Assembly (NCBI GenBank): GCA_043228905.1
Contig: JBHGNT010000067.1
Span: 72,341 to 136,340 of the forward strand
Origin: Azolla caroliniana
Lineage: Eukaryota; Plantae; Polypodiophyta
Direction of reading: 5' to 3'
Length of the DNA: 64,000 nucleotides
Below, piece after piece: positions 11,307 through 25,111 of this stretch. The translations under genes and the position numbers were made by a program. Numbering within the stretch: the first letter of the stretch is position 1; every line of letters starts with the position of its first letter. The notes below the pieces were generated by a model. That model was not told where the DNA came from and did no database searches. It worked only from the letters and a program-made list of their open reading frames with translations.

Positions 11307-12904
11307 CACTGACATTTACGATGCTTATTTCTACTAGTTTGTGCATAGTTGTGATCTCGATATGTTATCAACCCCTTGCCCTTAGATATGGCATTATGGA
11401 TTCTAAGATTCTATACACAAATGCTCAACAATTGTTTGCAAGGATGTTCAAGTCTCATTCTCAACATTTGAATGTTAAGTTCATCAAGCGCGGATGTAGT
11501 CATGTTACTCTACATTTAACTATTGCAAATTAAGTAATCATAATGTGATGGTTATGTCTATCGTTTAGAGACCCTAAGTTTGTTGCTTCAATAATAGAGG
11601 CCATGAATGCAAGCACGATAGTGCACATTAGTGTGTGACTTACGACGTGTCTATGTGCATACTTACTTAGATCACGTGATTATATCATGAGTGGGAAGCA
11701 TACTTAGCTCTATCTGTGTGTATTAGGATGAGAGTTGAACCATCAGAGGCCTTGTTGGGAGAAAGAGAATGTATTAGTGCTTGAGGATGGGTTTAATTTC
11801 AAGTCAAATTTGGGATGTCGTCAAGAGTGTGTTTGTCAATCCACGGTCATCAAATATCACTTGATTGGTTGACATGTTCTTTTCATATTACCTTGGGATG
11901 GAACATCATGGGTTTGGTTGGACAGTAAATATGCAACATGCACACATGTACATATATATATATGTATTGGAAAGCATTTGACTCTCTTGTTTGAGCCTAT
12001 TGATACTTCCTATGTACTTTTTCTCTCATTCTTGTATAAATAATATTGATCCTATGACAAATAAAATACCTCTTCGATTTTGTTTTATGGCAAAAATGAG
12101 TTTCTCTTAAGCAAGTGATAGTTATTGTAAGATCGCATGGCGAAGTTTGGGAATGCTTCTTTCATTTTTACAAGTCACATTGAGTAGTTTGTCGTCATTG
12201 AAGAGTATGTGTGTGAATGTCCTCCTTGAGAAACATTCTCCATATTAGTAGTTTGATGGAATTATCCTCCTTTGTAGATTTTTCTCAATACTTGTTTATC
12301 GTCGATTCATGAGCTCTTTATGTCCTAGCGACAATGTGTATACCAACAATAAAAGATATTGATGGATATAAAGAGCAATTATGAGAAGTTGAGGAATTTC
12401 CACATCACAAAAGATTTCAATCATAAACGTCAGTTTTTGTTCTTTTAACGTTGCTTCCTCTTTGAATTCTAATCCATAATCGAAAAAAAAAATGCAAGAA
12501 CATGATCCATATGCTCTAAGCTTCCTCTTCAAATTCTAGTTGATGATCGGAAAAAGAGTGCAAGAACACGATCTGCATCTCCCTGATACGGATCAACGTC
12601 CTATAAACTAGTACATTATATAACTATTTTGTTTCTCACAAATAAACATTGTCAAACAAATATTCATATGATTGTCCTAAGGATTAATGGGAGTGAGAAG
12701 CTCCATACAATAAATGATTGCACAAGAGAACGAATAGAGAGCAAGGAATAGTTTTTTGTGCTTGAAAAGTTTGTCTCATACCCAAGGGATTTGAATAACA
12801 AACCACAATATGTAAGTGATGTACTCGACTTCCCGTGATAATCAGTAGACTATTTTTTGGTGGTCGTTACCTTCTTCAATTGTTGTCCGCCTTTCCATTA
12901 TTCG

Positions 12905-13990
12905 TTCATAGTAGGATATCCCCCCCGGGTGTGTTAGTATCCACATTGTTGTTCTTAGGTTGAGATAATGGTTAAAAATATATCCTTCATTGGCTTTTTT
13001 GTTTCTTGCAACCAAACTTGTGCTCATAGAGCTTTGCTTTGATCATGTGATGTTTATAGTATGAATGAGTGGATGGAAAATGGACAAAGGAGTTCGGATG
13101 GAATTTATTCAAATCACACTTTAATTACTTTCCCTAAATATTGTCTTCGCTCATTTTGCCTACATGTCAAGCCATTTCATAGTAGGATATCCCCCCCGGG
13201 TGTGTTAGTATCCACATTGTTGTTCTTAGGTTGAGATAATGGTTAAAAATATATCCTTCATTGGCTTTTTTGTTTCTTGCAACCAAACTTGTGCTCATAG
13301 AGCTTTGCTTTGATCATATGATGTTTATAGTATGAATGAGTGGATGGAAAATGGACAAAGGAGTTCGGATGGAATTTATTCAAATCACACTTTAATTACT
13401 TTCCCTAAATATTGTCTTCGCTCATTTTGCCTACATGTCAAGCCATTTCATAGTAGGATATCCCCCCCGGGTGTGTTAGTATCCACATTGTTGTTCTTAG
13501 GTTGAGATAATGGTTAAAAATATATCCTTCATTGGCTTTTTTGTTTCTTGCAACCAAACTTGTGCTCATAGAGCTTTGCTTTGATCATATGATGTTTATA
13601 GTATGAATGAGTGGATGGAAAATGGACAAAGGAGTTCGGATGGAATTTATTCAAATCACACTTTAATTACTTTCCCTAAATATTGTCTTCGCTCATTTTG
13701 CCTACATGTCAAGCCATTTCATAGTAGGATATCCCCCCCGGGTGTGTTAGTATCCACATTGTTGTTCTTAGGTTGAGATAATGGTTAAAAATATATCCTT
13801 CATTGGCTTTTTTGTTTCTTGCAACCAAACTTGTGCTCATAGAGCTTTGCTTTGATCATATGATGTTTATAGTATGAATGAGTGGATGGAAAATGGACAA
13901 AGGAGTTCGGATGGAATTTATTCAAATCACACTTTAATTACTTTCCCTAAATATTGTCTTCGCTCATTTTGCCTACATGTCAAGCCATTT
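12905..13990. repeat. Tandem array of four near-identical 271-bp units
   Basis: catagtaggatatc starts at 12907, 13178, 13449 and 13720. The only difference noticed is gatcatgtga in copy 1 versus gatcatatga in the others. Confidence 0.95.
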
Positions 13991-14279
13991 TAAGGAGCAA
14001 ATTGCTAGCACACATCATCTCAAAGAGCAAAATTGTGAAGAGTTTCTATTAATGATGGTAACATCAAATCCACTCAACGAAACTTGAGACCACAACCTTA
14101 ACTCCAATAACCCATCATGTTTAATATTTTATTTCTAGAATATCAACAAGGTCATGATTTTGTAAATTAAAACTTTTGAGACATTTAATTTCTATAAGTT
14201 GGCAATATTGCTTCAATATGTGATCTTTTGTTATCAATTGATGATGTTGTAAAATCTATTGGGGAACATGAATACAAAA

Positions 14280-14770
14280 TATTGTTGATGGGTGTGATAA
14301 TCCATCACCTTGCATACAATTTGTGTAGGTAATATTTCTTTCTCTCTTTCTAAAATTGTGTTAGACTTGGGATTATATCTAATCATTCGGCTATAACTAA
14401 TCGATATCTCTTTCTACTATCAACTAAAAGAGTTGATGTTTGTTACTCAATGAATGGCAAATTCAATGTACTACTTCATGGGAGCCCAAGTTTCTTGCAT
14501 ATTCTTATTCATAATGTCTTCCATCTTCCATTTACTATTTCTTCTAGTGAGCAAGCAATAGGTGTGTTGTTTAATTGTGGAAGTGAGCCATTTTCCAATG
14601 AATGTGAAGTTTTGACCAAGATCGATAACCTCTTGGAAGTGTGATTTTCGTTTCAATGACTCATGCATAAGACATTCTTGACCATGGATGACTTATTCAT
14701 GAAGCATTCATGATTGTGGAATCTCTGCATTAAAGAGTTTGCCACATTTCTCAATAGAAATCGTTATATT
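14280..14770 (-). mobile_element. Possible highly degenerate retroelement (LINE RT-like) remnant
   Basis: Broken coding-like sequence with only a weak resemblance to RT regions. No intact motif. Confidence 0.2.
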
Positions 14771-16588
14771 AAAGACTTAACATTTGAAATGTAATAAGAA
14801 AACAAACAAAAGCCTTTGTGTTATTAGAACTCCTCTAAATTACAATAACAGTTACTATGATGTTGCTAACCCAAGAGTCAACACATGATTACCTATAAAT
14901 ATATTGGAGCTAATGTATTTAATTGTTGACTAACACTTTCTCTTGTGAAATTGTTTCTTAAAAAGAGAGTTTGCATTTGTTGGTTTTTGAATTCTTTTTG
15001 TAATGTATTTATAAAAATACATAGGAATGACGATATCAATGCCGGTACGTGGAAAACAAGCGCCTTATCTTGCTACACATGTGAGCTAGGTCAAATAAGG
15101 TTTGTTATATAAATAACAAAAAATCTGGGCTCTTCAAGATGAGTTTTTTCATTCATGGCTAAACAAGAATTCTCTTTTCAAATTCCATTTGGTCATTGCA
15201 ATAAGTGGTCCTTGAAGTAAATAATCAATGTATAAAAAATGTACTTGCAATAAAAGAGAGTTTATATCAGCAAATTAATATGTATGTTCTAGGCATGAGC
15301 CATGACGTTACAACCCAATTCGATATCTTATTTTAATGGGTTAAAGGTGGGATAGTTAGGATCCCGATTATTATATGAAGTCGGGACAAATCCACAAGGA
15401 CCTATGACATCCGGTGGTTTGGGAGCCTTAGATGTTGCGGTAAATAAAGAAGACTAGTCACCCCCTTCATTGTGCCATCTGGAGACATTGTCAAACTCTA
15501 TTAGTGAGGTTAAGCTCTCTCTTTTGGATCCGTTATTCAACTAGTATGGGTCACTGACAATATTTTACTTGTCTCTTGATGTTCTCTTGGGGTGCTTGGT
15601 GAAATTAAATACCCTCTATCTATTATTTTTTCCTTGATCTCTTATTGTTTTGCTCATCGATAGTTTGATTATTGATACATAACAATGCAGACATGTGAAT
15701 GACTAAAAACTATTGTGTGGCATACAATGGCCACATTTTTTCGAACTATTTGCAAGATGACTATATATTATATTTCATGGGGGGAAGGGGTTGAACTAGT
15801 GTCAAATATTGCTTCTATCAAGTTACACATGCAAGCTAGGTAGAATTTCAATTGATCACATGTAGATTATAACATGGTAATAATTTTGGTGGTTGACATG
15901 TCAAGAGATCACAAAGCATTGTCCCATTTGTGTATTGTTCAATTTGAGCCCAATACTTTTTCTCACTCCTATACATTTTGTGGAACTCCCATATAATGTG
16001 CTCGAGAACAATGATTGATATCATGGACAATAGGCAACAACAATGCGTATGAGTGCACGACATGATAATATTTAGTTACATACACCATGACATTATTTTT
16101 GTATATGTGTACCCATGTGATTGACTAGGTTCTCTACTCATTATCATCAAAATGATAGGTTTGTCAATGCACATACCATTGTTAATGTGTAGCCATGACA
16201 TTAATAATGACTCGTGCATTGAGAAAACTATAATTGGGATGATATTGGGTAGAGAATTGAACATAGACCTCGTCCATGTGGCATTACACATCGAAGTTTG
16301 GTAAAACTTCATGTAATTTAAGGATCTCGTGGACCATGAAGATGTGTAATAAGGAATGTGAGTCATGTTTTACTAGTTCTTGGGTGGCAAGATATCAAAT
16401 GGGATACATAAAATTAGGAATGAACACCCAAAAAGTCACATTGCAAATGGTTGCACCCACAAAAGTATTGTATGGAAATACAAAAAAATATTCCATATGT
16501 TATAGTAATAACTAGAGTTTCAATAGCTACTACGAAGGGTTGACGGGGAACTTCTTGCAAGTTCGGAAATACAATATATGCCTATAAT

Positions 16589-17154
16589 TGATAAGGATTC
16601 GACCGGTCACAACCGGTTGACACGTATGCGTATGCAGGTGCAAAAGGTTGAAACGACAGAAATAACAAAAAATTGAAATGGAAGTACAGAGAGACAAGTA
16701 TTTTATGTGGAAACCCTAAACGGGAAAAAACCATGGGAGTCCACAAACTCCAAAACGAATCACTATGGTAGGAGGTATACAACAAGGAACTTCAAGGCAA
16801 GTACCTTTAGTTCTTCTTTGTCCACGGACGGTTTAGAGATACTTCACTCTCTCACACTCTCACTCTCTCTTACACTCTTTTAGTTACAGAGGCAACAACC
16901 AACAACAACTATTCATTCATCACAACTATAATGTTTTGCCCTAACTATATTTAAATTCATGTACATATATATGACTATTTACAAATCTAGCCATAATGGG
17001 CACAACTAGGCTATTTACAAATATAACCCAGTTGGATTCGGCCGATTTGGCTCGGTTATGGGTCAATTGATTTTTCGACCTCGACTGAGTTTCCTATCGA
17101 CTCCATCCAATTCGGCTTGTGTTTTCCTTCCCGGGAGAACCTTTTTTCCCAACA
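16589..17154. mobile_element. Solo LTR (566 bp) with 5-bp TSD ATAAT
   Basis: ataat|TGATAAGG...TTTTCCCAACA|ataat, with TG...CA termini. Contains an internal gtggaaaccc...gggaaaaaacc motif of the kind seen in plant Copia LTRs. Confidence 0.85.
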
Positions 17155-17255
17155 ATAATTTGGAGGCGAATACCATGTCGAGTTGAGCAAGAAGGCAAGT
17201 CATCAAATGTTTGGTGCATAATGTAGAGAAAGGCTCACTCAAGCAAGCCGGTTAG

Positions 17256-17904
17256 TAGGAGTTGACAACAACTAAACTCAAGCCTAAATCGAGATGTTAA
17301 ACCATTTTTAAATGGTTTGACAATTCGGTTTGATTAGTCTTGAGATTCATAAATCGGTTTGAGCTCAAATTGGCAAAGCTCAAGCCGAACCAAAAGAAAT
17401 TGGTTAAGGCTAAACATTTTGTCCAAACTAGTTATCCTTAACTGGTTTAGAAAACTTCCAAGCCAATTATGGCTTAACTGGTTTGGTTTGGACAAGGCCA
17501 AACTGGTTAAGCCGAAATTGAACTATTGATGATTCCTTGGTAAGTGCAACTTTCAGAGCATGGCAATATTTGTTGAGAGAGAATGCCGTCGAGTTGCAAT
17601 GCCTGGTAGTAATTGACAACGCTTTGGTTTCGGCTTAACCAATTTGGCCTTGTCCAAACCAAACTGGTTAAGCCTTAACTAGTTTGGGAGTTTCCAAACT
17701 TGAGCCGAACAGGTTCCTAAACCGATTTGGCCAAGCTGATAAAGCCTTAATCAGTTTAGCCCAAATCAGTTCGGTTTGGCTTGAACCATCCCAAACCGAG
17801 CTCAAAATGGTAAAGGAAGCTCAAGCCTAAACCAAACCGCCAACTCGTTTAAAAACGGTTTACTGGTTCAGTTTAGGCTTGAGCCAAGCCATTGCCAGTT
17901 CCTA
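17256..17904. mobile_element. Non-autonomous foldback/MITE-like DNA element (hAT-like ends), almost fully palindromic
   Basis: The left end taggagttgacaa...ctcaagcctaaa mirrors the right end tttaggcttgag...ttgccagttccta. Inner arms (ggtttggtttggacaaggccaaactggttaagccgaaa / tttcggcttaaccaatttggccttgtccaaaccaaac) are also inverted. No TSD is preserved. Confidence 0.7.
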
Positions 17905-18786
17905 CTTGAAACCAAACCACCTAAGGGAGAAACTTGATCAATCATGCTACCAAATTGCAACGTCAAAGCAGAGTAGGGCAACGAATCACGATCTTCCAAT
18001 ATGTTATAGTATCCATCTATTAATGTTGATGAGGGGTATTTGGGTAATTTCGGAAAATGTCAGGGGTATTTCGTGTAAATACAAATTTCCTACTGTTGTT
18101 CCCGCCCCAGAACTTAGAAGAAGAAGAAGAAGAAAGAAGAAAGAAGAAGAAGAAGAAGAAGAAGAAGAAGCAGTCGTAGACATGGTAGCGTTTCTTCTGT
18201 GAAGACGTATTACCAAGACATTTGTTAAAAGCTCACCATATCCTAATTCGATGGAGATAATAGAGGGGAGAGTGGTTTCACAGAGGAAAAACCTACATTT
18301 CATTCATTCTTCTTCTTCTTCTCCGCCACTTGACCATGGAGAATTTATCAGAATGTTTGAGGTATTTCGCGGGTATTTCTTTACCTTTTTCAATCTATGA
18401 CTCTGGATGGTTTAGCTATTTTTGGAGTCTTTTTGGTTTGATTATTTGCGTGTTACAGCTTATTCAATTCAGGATTGGTTTGTTTCGATTTCTTTGCATG
18501 CAACTGCTTGTTTTTGGGGTTTTAATTTGTTTGATTCATTCGTGTATATTATAATTCATATCTACGACTTTCCCCACCCCAAGTTTACCCTCCTCTCGAG
18601 GGATCAAATATGCTAAGTATTTAAGCAGTTCTGTCGCCAATCCATCCTCGTTTTAGGGGCTGGACTTATTGCAAAATAACGAAACGTAGGGGTATTTGGG
18701 GATACCAAAAAACTCAGAGATATCGTCAAATTTTGCTGTGAAATTAATTATCAAGGATAATGTAAAATTAATGAGGATAGCAAGAT

Positions 18787-19512
18787 TGTTGGGAAAAAGG
18801 CTGTTAAAAACTAATTGATAAGTACCCACAACGAAATGAAATCGTTTCTTTTTCCCTTAATTTCTGTTTATTAGATATGGGAATGAAAAATACAGAGAAA
18901 ACCCTATTGTATTTAGGGGACACTAGTCTTGCAAAATGATTGACAATGTCAATCTCCAAAATTTCTTCAGCATCAAGTTGGTTTCAAGTGAAAACACTTT
19001 CACCATACATCTGGAAGCAAAGGATACTGGAATTGGTGGATGTTTGGAGCACGTCTCCTTCCAATTACATCAGAATGAACCACCCTCGATATCTGTTTCT
19101 TGTTATCCTGCTTCTACCTTGACTTAACACTAAGAAGAAGGTATGAAGGTTTACCTGTATGTGAGCAATGCGTGAAATTGATGGAGAACAGAAGTCTTCC
19201 ACAAATAACAGTAGTGGGTTGTGGTGCTTGTTGAGATCACCAGTCTCTCAAGCTTCCTCCACTTCTGTCCCTTGTGCCCTTTTTAATTGAGCTCTCTCTC
19301 TCTCTCTCTCCCTCTCTGTTTTCCTCTGTTTTTCTGTTTTTTCAGCCAAAAAGATGCAAGGGTTTTTGTTTATTTTATTTTCTTACTCTACCCTTCGGTA
19401 GTGGCATATGAACAATAAGTAAAAGGTAGTGCAACGATTACACAAATGACCCCTAACTTTTTACCTATAGCCTTTTAATTGTGGGTTCCACTTGAGTGGA
19501 AAAAACCCCACA
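18787..19512. mobile_element. Solo LTR (726 bp) with 5-bp TSD AAGAT
   Basis: aagat|TGTTGGGAAAAAGG...AAAAACCCCACA|aagat, with TG...CA termini and short imperfect terminal inverted repeats. Confidence 0.85.
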
Positions 19513-20399
19513 AAGATTTACCCCTAATATCCTACCAATATAAACTCTGGACATTTGAGTTTGTCAATAGGGATGATTTCTCGACATCATTATCTTTATT
19601 CTTATGATTTAAGGTAACATATAGTCCTTTAGTGTGAGTTAAGTGGCGTGATCTCCCACTGGAGTGAAATTCGACTCATCCAGTCAAGAGGTTTTAGAGC
19701 TCAAGCCTGAATTGATAGTGAATTGAAACCCCCATATTGACAAGTGAATTCATTCAACCTTTGGTTATCAGAGATGTCACCTATTATGTGTACACGCTCT
19801 GAAAAGTTCCCGGGTAGATGATTCACATCCTGTCTCTGTCTCCCCATCACATTTAGCATTGTGAATTCCTCACCTAGTACAATGGAAAAAACATCAAACT
19901 AATGACACAATAGAAGCGAGTCTCATCATTCACCAGGAATTTTTTTCCTTGAGTGGGACAATATCTGGCTATGCATTTCCACATTTCTCTATTAGCAAGG
20001 ATTGAACCCTTTGGGGCAGTCAATAATTTCAATATTTTATGTGATATGATTTGGATGGACAATAGGGGTATTTGTTGGATGCCATCTAGTGGTTAGTGAA
20101 TTGGTCCTTTTTCATGTTCGTCATATGTGAGTCCTAAATTGAAGGATTTTATATGAGGGAAGGGAGAGGAGTATACATAGAAACGGGGATATAACTAGGA
20201 GGAGGGGATGTATGCATGTATGTGCATGATATTGTACTGTGCATGGACAAGCATGGACAATACCGAAATGATACAAAAAGAATGATACAGACACAAATGG
20301 AAGAAACATAGGACCCATAGATAGCAGAGCATGTGAGAATGATTACAATAGAGGATACAATGGAGACATACACCCATGTGCTCCTAAGTGAGCATATGT

Positions 20400-22800
20400 A
20401 GATATAATTATGGCTTGAAGTAAACCTACTTTAGTTGGCTCAACAAAGGCTGCCTTTTATGCACAGTTTTACTAACCCTAAGAACCGTTCCACCTTAAAA
20501 ACTGCACCAACTCAGTGGTCACCTACTTTGAATCTGTTTAGAGAACACTTGAATCCGCTTCTTGTAAGAAATTGATCCATCGGTTCATACAAGGTCCTTG
20601 GTCCCTGCTCAGCCCATACAAACATCTTGCAACCTCAAGACTCGAAATTTTGATGGTGTCTCTACAAATACCTCCTTCAGATATTTATATGCATTAGTTA
20701 TACGGGCAAGTTCCTCATGCTGACATCACTAGGACTGTCCATGCCTCCATGACAACACCTCCCCATAGACGGATATGACAATCATACACAAGTCTAATTA
20801 ACAACCGAATGGAATAGGATGGGTTGATACATAAAGCAAATAGTTGTTAAGTGAAACCTGGAAAAGAACAAGTCTGTTCAGAGATAGTGCAACCAAACAC
20901 ACAGGTAAACTCAATAGATTGGCACTATGCCAACAAAACACCTCGACAATTGAAGTGATTTATGTGAACTAACATCAACCCAAATCCGACATCATGACAA
21001 TTGGGGCCCCGGGGACCTGGCTGAGGTCAGAGGGCACGAAATGTTACAAATGGAACATCCACTCAGAGCATTTTGGTGGCCAAGTTAACTGTCCACGGCA
21101 TCATGGTGAAACCAATGCATTTGACCTCCAATTGAGGGCATGCGATGTTTGAAAAGTGCTTGGACGTAACAAGTGTTCGGTGTAGAAATATGATGGTGCC
21201 AGAGGAACTGACCCTAGGATATCCACCCCATATGTTTGTTCTCATCAAGAGGAACTATCATAACCTCTGTGTTCCAAAACGTAAAGAGATCAAGCAAAAG
21301 TAAAGAATAACGATGCATGGGAGTGAGTGCAGGCAATCCCAAGGAAAACCCCGGTCATTGAGAACCGGCAACTAAAGAGCTTCAAGCAATAAGTGTGGAT
21401 GGCATGAGAATAGACGTGGTCCCATTCGATTATCATGCCACTTTAGGGATGCCAACTCATAGAAAGCTATAAAAGGGCAAACATTGCAAGGAGAAAGAGA
21501 GCAACAAAAGAGAGGTTGAATGCAATTCAGATTGAAGAACAACTTAGTACACTTGGAAGATCAGTGGGGAGCCATAAAATGTTCAAGTGATTCATCCCAG
21601 TGTAATAAGGATGTACTATCCATTGCAGATTGTGAATATAATATAAGTTTTTATGCATCCCTACTGCCTTGTGCGAGAGACAATGTATGAGCATAAGGGA
21701 GGCATCCTCTTGAGGTGTTACATCCATATTAGAGAGAGTGAGCATTCATGGAGGCATCTCATTGTAGCCATATTATTAGGAATAAGAGAGGTGCATTTGA
21801 GAATCATGGCAGCAAGCTTCTTAAGCCTTGGCTACTGGCCAATGCTCAGCCACTGCAGGTTCTTGCAGGCCACTTTGATTGATGACCTATTCTTGCCGAT
21901 TCTTGCAGGCCTAGAACAGTTATACGTAAATAATTGAAGATTAAGGGTGCAAAAATATCTACAAGGTTAGGGTCAGAACATGGATAACTAACCAAAAAGG
22001 GCAATGTATCAGTATCACCTTGGTGTTGATGAAGAGGAGAGGATGGGGAACTCCTCACATTGATAATGCTCTTTTCAAAGTCAACCTAGGCAAGCAATGA
22101 CAATGATCCAGTTTGTATTTTGAGAATGACAAAACTATATTACATTTGAGCAGAGTGGATGGTTAGCATTGTTCTTGCCAAAAAGTACAGTGCTGACTAA
22201 TACACAAGGATTGTTCTTGATGTGTTGTTATTTGCTTTCAGAGCAGTATTTGAATCAAGTGTCTATGCACGAAGACACGGACATTAAAGACCTTTGGCAA
22301 GACTTATTCATGTTTCTTGAAATAAGTATTTGCACATGATAACATTGCTTAGAGAAATTTGTGATACAACTTGAAAAACTTGCTTTGAGAACAATGTAAT
22401 CGGAATTGAGCATGATCATGCTAAAATAACTCGGTTGCTACCATCAAACAATATAGAGGACTCTTGCTAATTACCAAACATTGTGCTGCCAACTTTTAAA
22501 GCTCAATGTTTGCAAAAACTTCTAACAATTGAGGCAGACAATGCTAGACACAATCAATCTTCAGGCAATAGCAAATAGCATAATGCAGCCGGAGGAAGAT
22601 ATGATTTTTTTGGGTCTCCACATGAAAGCTAAAAGGGAAAGCACTTCTACACATCATCAAAGCATTCAATAACATATTATGATTTGAAGCACTAGTCCTA
22701 CACAGTTATAACATGTTTTAAGTCTGATTTTGACATAACTACCTCATCTCTTTCCACTTGAAGCATTTTCCATTCTCAATGTTCATCATATGAATGGCTT
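20400..22800. mobile_element. Degenerate retrotransposon-like debris
   Basis: Contains an LTR-like segment with a ctataaaaggg TATA-like motif (~21467) and broken coding-like stretches. Boundaries not determined. Confidence 0.25.
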
Positions 22801-23180
22801 GAAATCTTGGACCAACGCATAGATAAGCTTGTCACACCTCCATGTTTGTTATATTAGTACATTAGTTTTGCCAGTTACATTCTTCTTTTGACTATTGAGT
22901 ATCTCACTTATGAATATTCAGGACTTATCCTCCCATTTCATCAAACTTTAGCTATCATGCGAAAGGTATCTCTAATGCACAAGATTGACTGGTCAAACAT
23001 GAAATGGTTCTTTTCTTGCCCAAATGAACAAATGTATTGACCCTAGAATCAATGCATGAAATTCCAAACCCGGAAACCATTATAAAAGTGTTGAAAAAGG
23101 AGAGTTTGTTAATGGGACTTGGCTTCACAACATGGTTCTTGATTGCGTAATGAGCAAATATTGGAATGCTATTGGGTTAA

Positions 23181-23379
23181 AGAGTGTGCAAATCATACAA
23201 TTTGTTTCCGGCACATTTTGTGATTAATTGTAAGGATGCGGGGACGACCACAAGTTCCCTCAAGAACCCTTGCACAAATATACACACATTTATAGAGTGT
23301 GCAAATCATACAATTTGTTTCCGGCGCATTTTGTGATTAATTGTAAGGATGCAGGGACGGCCACAAGTTCGCTCAAGAA
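23181..23379. repeat. ~85-bp tandem duplication separated by a 29-bp inverted templated filler
   Basis: Copies start at 23181 and 23294. The filler 23266-23294 is the exact reverse complement of 23645-23673. Confidence 0.9.
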
Positions 23380-24932
23380 GTTTTAAAGATACATATGTGC
23401 CACTTTCATGATGCAGTTTACTTACCATTGTTGTTATTTAATAAGATATAATAAAATAGTTCCAATCTATTAGGGTTGCCTTTTAAAGCAATGTGTCATA
23501 GAGAGCAAACCTATTTATGTGGACATTATGTTTTTTAAAGTATAGTGAAGACACAGTGGAACCCACTCTTAGAGACGTCAACCCTTGGTTGTAATGTTTT
23601 GATCCTTAATGTTAAAAACTATTCTAATTATTTCGTGTTGTAATTATAAATGTGTGTATATTTGTGCAAGGGTATTTCATGCATGTCTAGATACAAAGGA
23701 AAATGCTCCTAACTTTGTCATAAACCACAAGAATATTTTTACTCTCCAACAAGGGGCATTTTTTTTGTAATTATTAAGAAACTTCAAACAAAGTCTTCAG
23801 AGTTCAAAAAAGGCTCGATAAAGAACCCGATATATAGCTTTAATTTAAAAGGATTCATAGTACAAAGAAGAAGGAAACACCTTCCGTTACACATTCTTGT
23901 CTATCTTCGATGTTTCTTTATTAGTATACAAAATGGCCACATGCTATACTAAAGATGTAATTTGGAACTAGTTTAGATTTGTTGCTCTTGGTATGCCCAT
24001 GTTGTGTTATGTTCTATGGTCACAACAATCACATATTGGTTAACCTGAGTTATTTTGCAAATTCCAAACATTAAAAGGTAGGTGCATGGCAAGGCCAATC
24101 GAGAATGCAATAATGCTACAACCCATTCCAAACAAATTATAGCTTGACATTGGTTCGCATTTTGAATTAGTTAACAATCACAAAGGAAAGTGATGGGATC
24201 GGCTCAAATAGGCTACAATGCACTATAAGGATGTCCATCTCTTTGGGGTCTACCATTGTTTTTACAAATAGTTGAGTGCATTGAATAAAACTTATATTTC
24301 CTCGTATTGGGATCATAACATGCTTATTTTGGGTGGCTTTGCTAAATGAGAAGTCTTGACTAAACACGCCTACTTGCAAACTCTTTCATAACATCTCTTT
24401 TTGGTGATAAAATATCTCAATTAGCCGAAAGTTGAGAGATAGTTGGAATTGATGAGATACATGACTAAGTTTTGGTGCTAAACTTGTGACACCAAAAGAA
24501 AGGAAACATTAATTAGTGAGGATGAATAACAAGGTGGTTTGAGAGGGGGATGCTATGGGTCTCCTCTTTATCTCCATAAAAAAATGTGAGATAATCAGGT
24601 ATAACTTTAAGATGCATTGCGACTAAGTAATGTCCCTAATATCGGGCCAATGCTATTAACGTACCAAACGAAATGAATGTGAACAAATGATTCAAACATG
24701 GGCAAAATAAGACATTCTAAATGAATAGAATCTAGTCAAATAGAGAAGAAAAGTAATTGAGTTGCTTTCCATATAATGAATGTAGTACTACATTTGTGAG
24801 TTTTCATAGGAATCATATTCATCAACCACATTTTGTATTTTGTTTTCCCGGACAAGTTGTTGATTGTGGAGAACATTTGTACTTTGTAGTTATTCAAGTA
24901 CATTGACCTAATTTTTATAGGCCAAATAATAT

Positions 24933-25111
24933 GCCCTTTCATTTTATAAACATATTCAATACCCACATTTGTCCATCATTCAAAAATTAGCATGCATACA
25001 TTTGACTAGGCGAGGCTTTTTAGGCCTAAAAATAAGCCCTTTCATTTTATAACATAATCAATTTCCACATTTGGCCATCATTTAAAATTTAGCATGCATA
25101 CATTTGGCTAG
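24933..25111. repeat. ~104-bp-period tandem duplication
   Basis: gccc.tttcattttata...ccacattt...catcatt.aaaa.ttagcatgcatacatttg.ctag occurs twice. Confidence 0.8.

Noticed and set aside
12905-13990. CRISPR-like array
   Set aside because: The units are fully identical 271-bp tandem copies with no unique spacers, there are no cas genes, and the context is eukaryotic.
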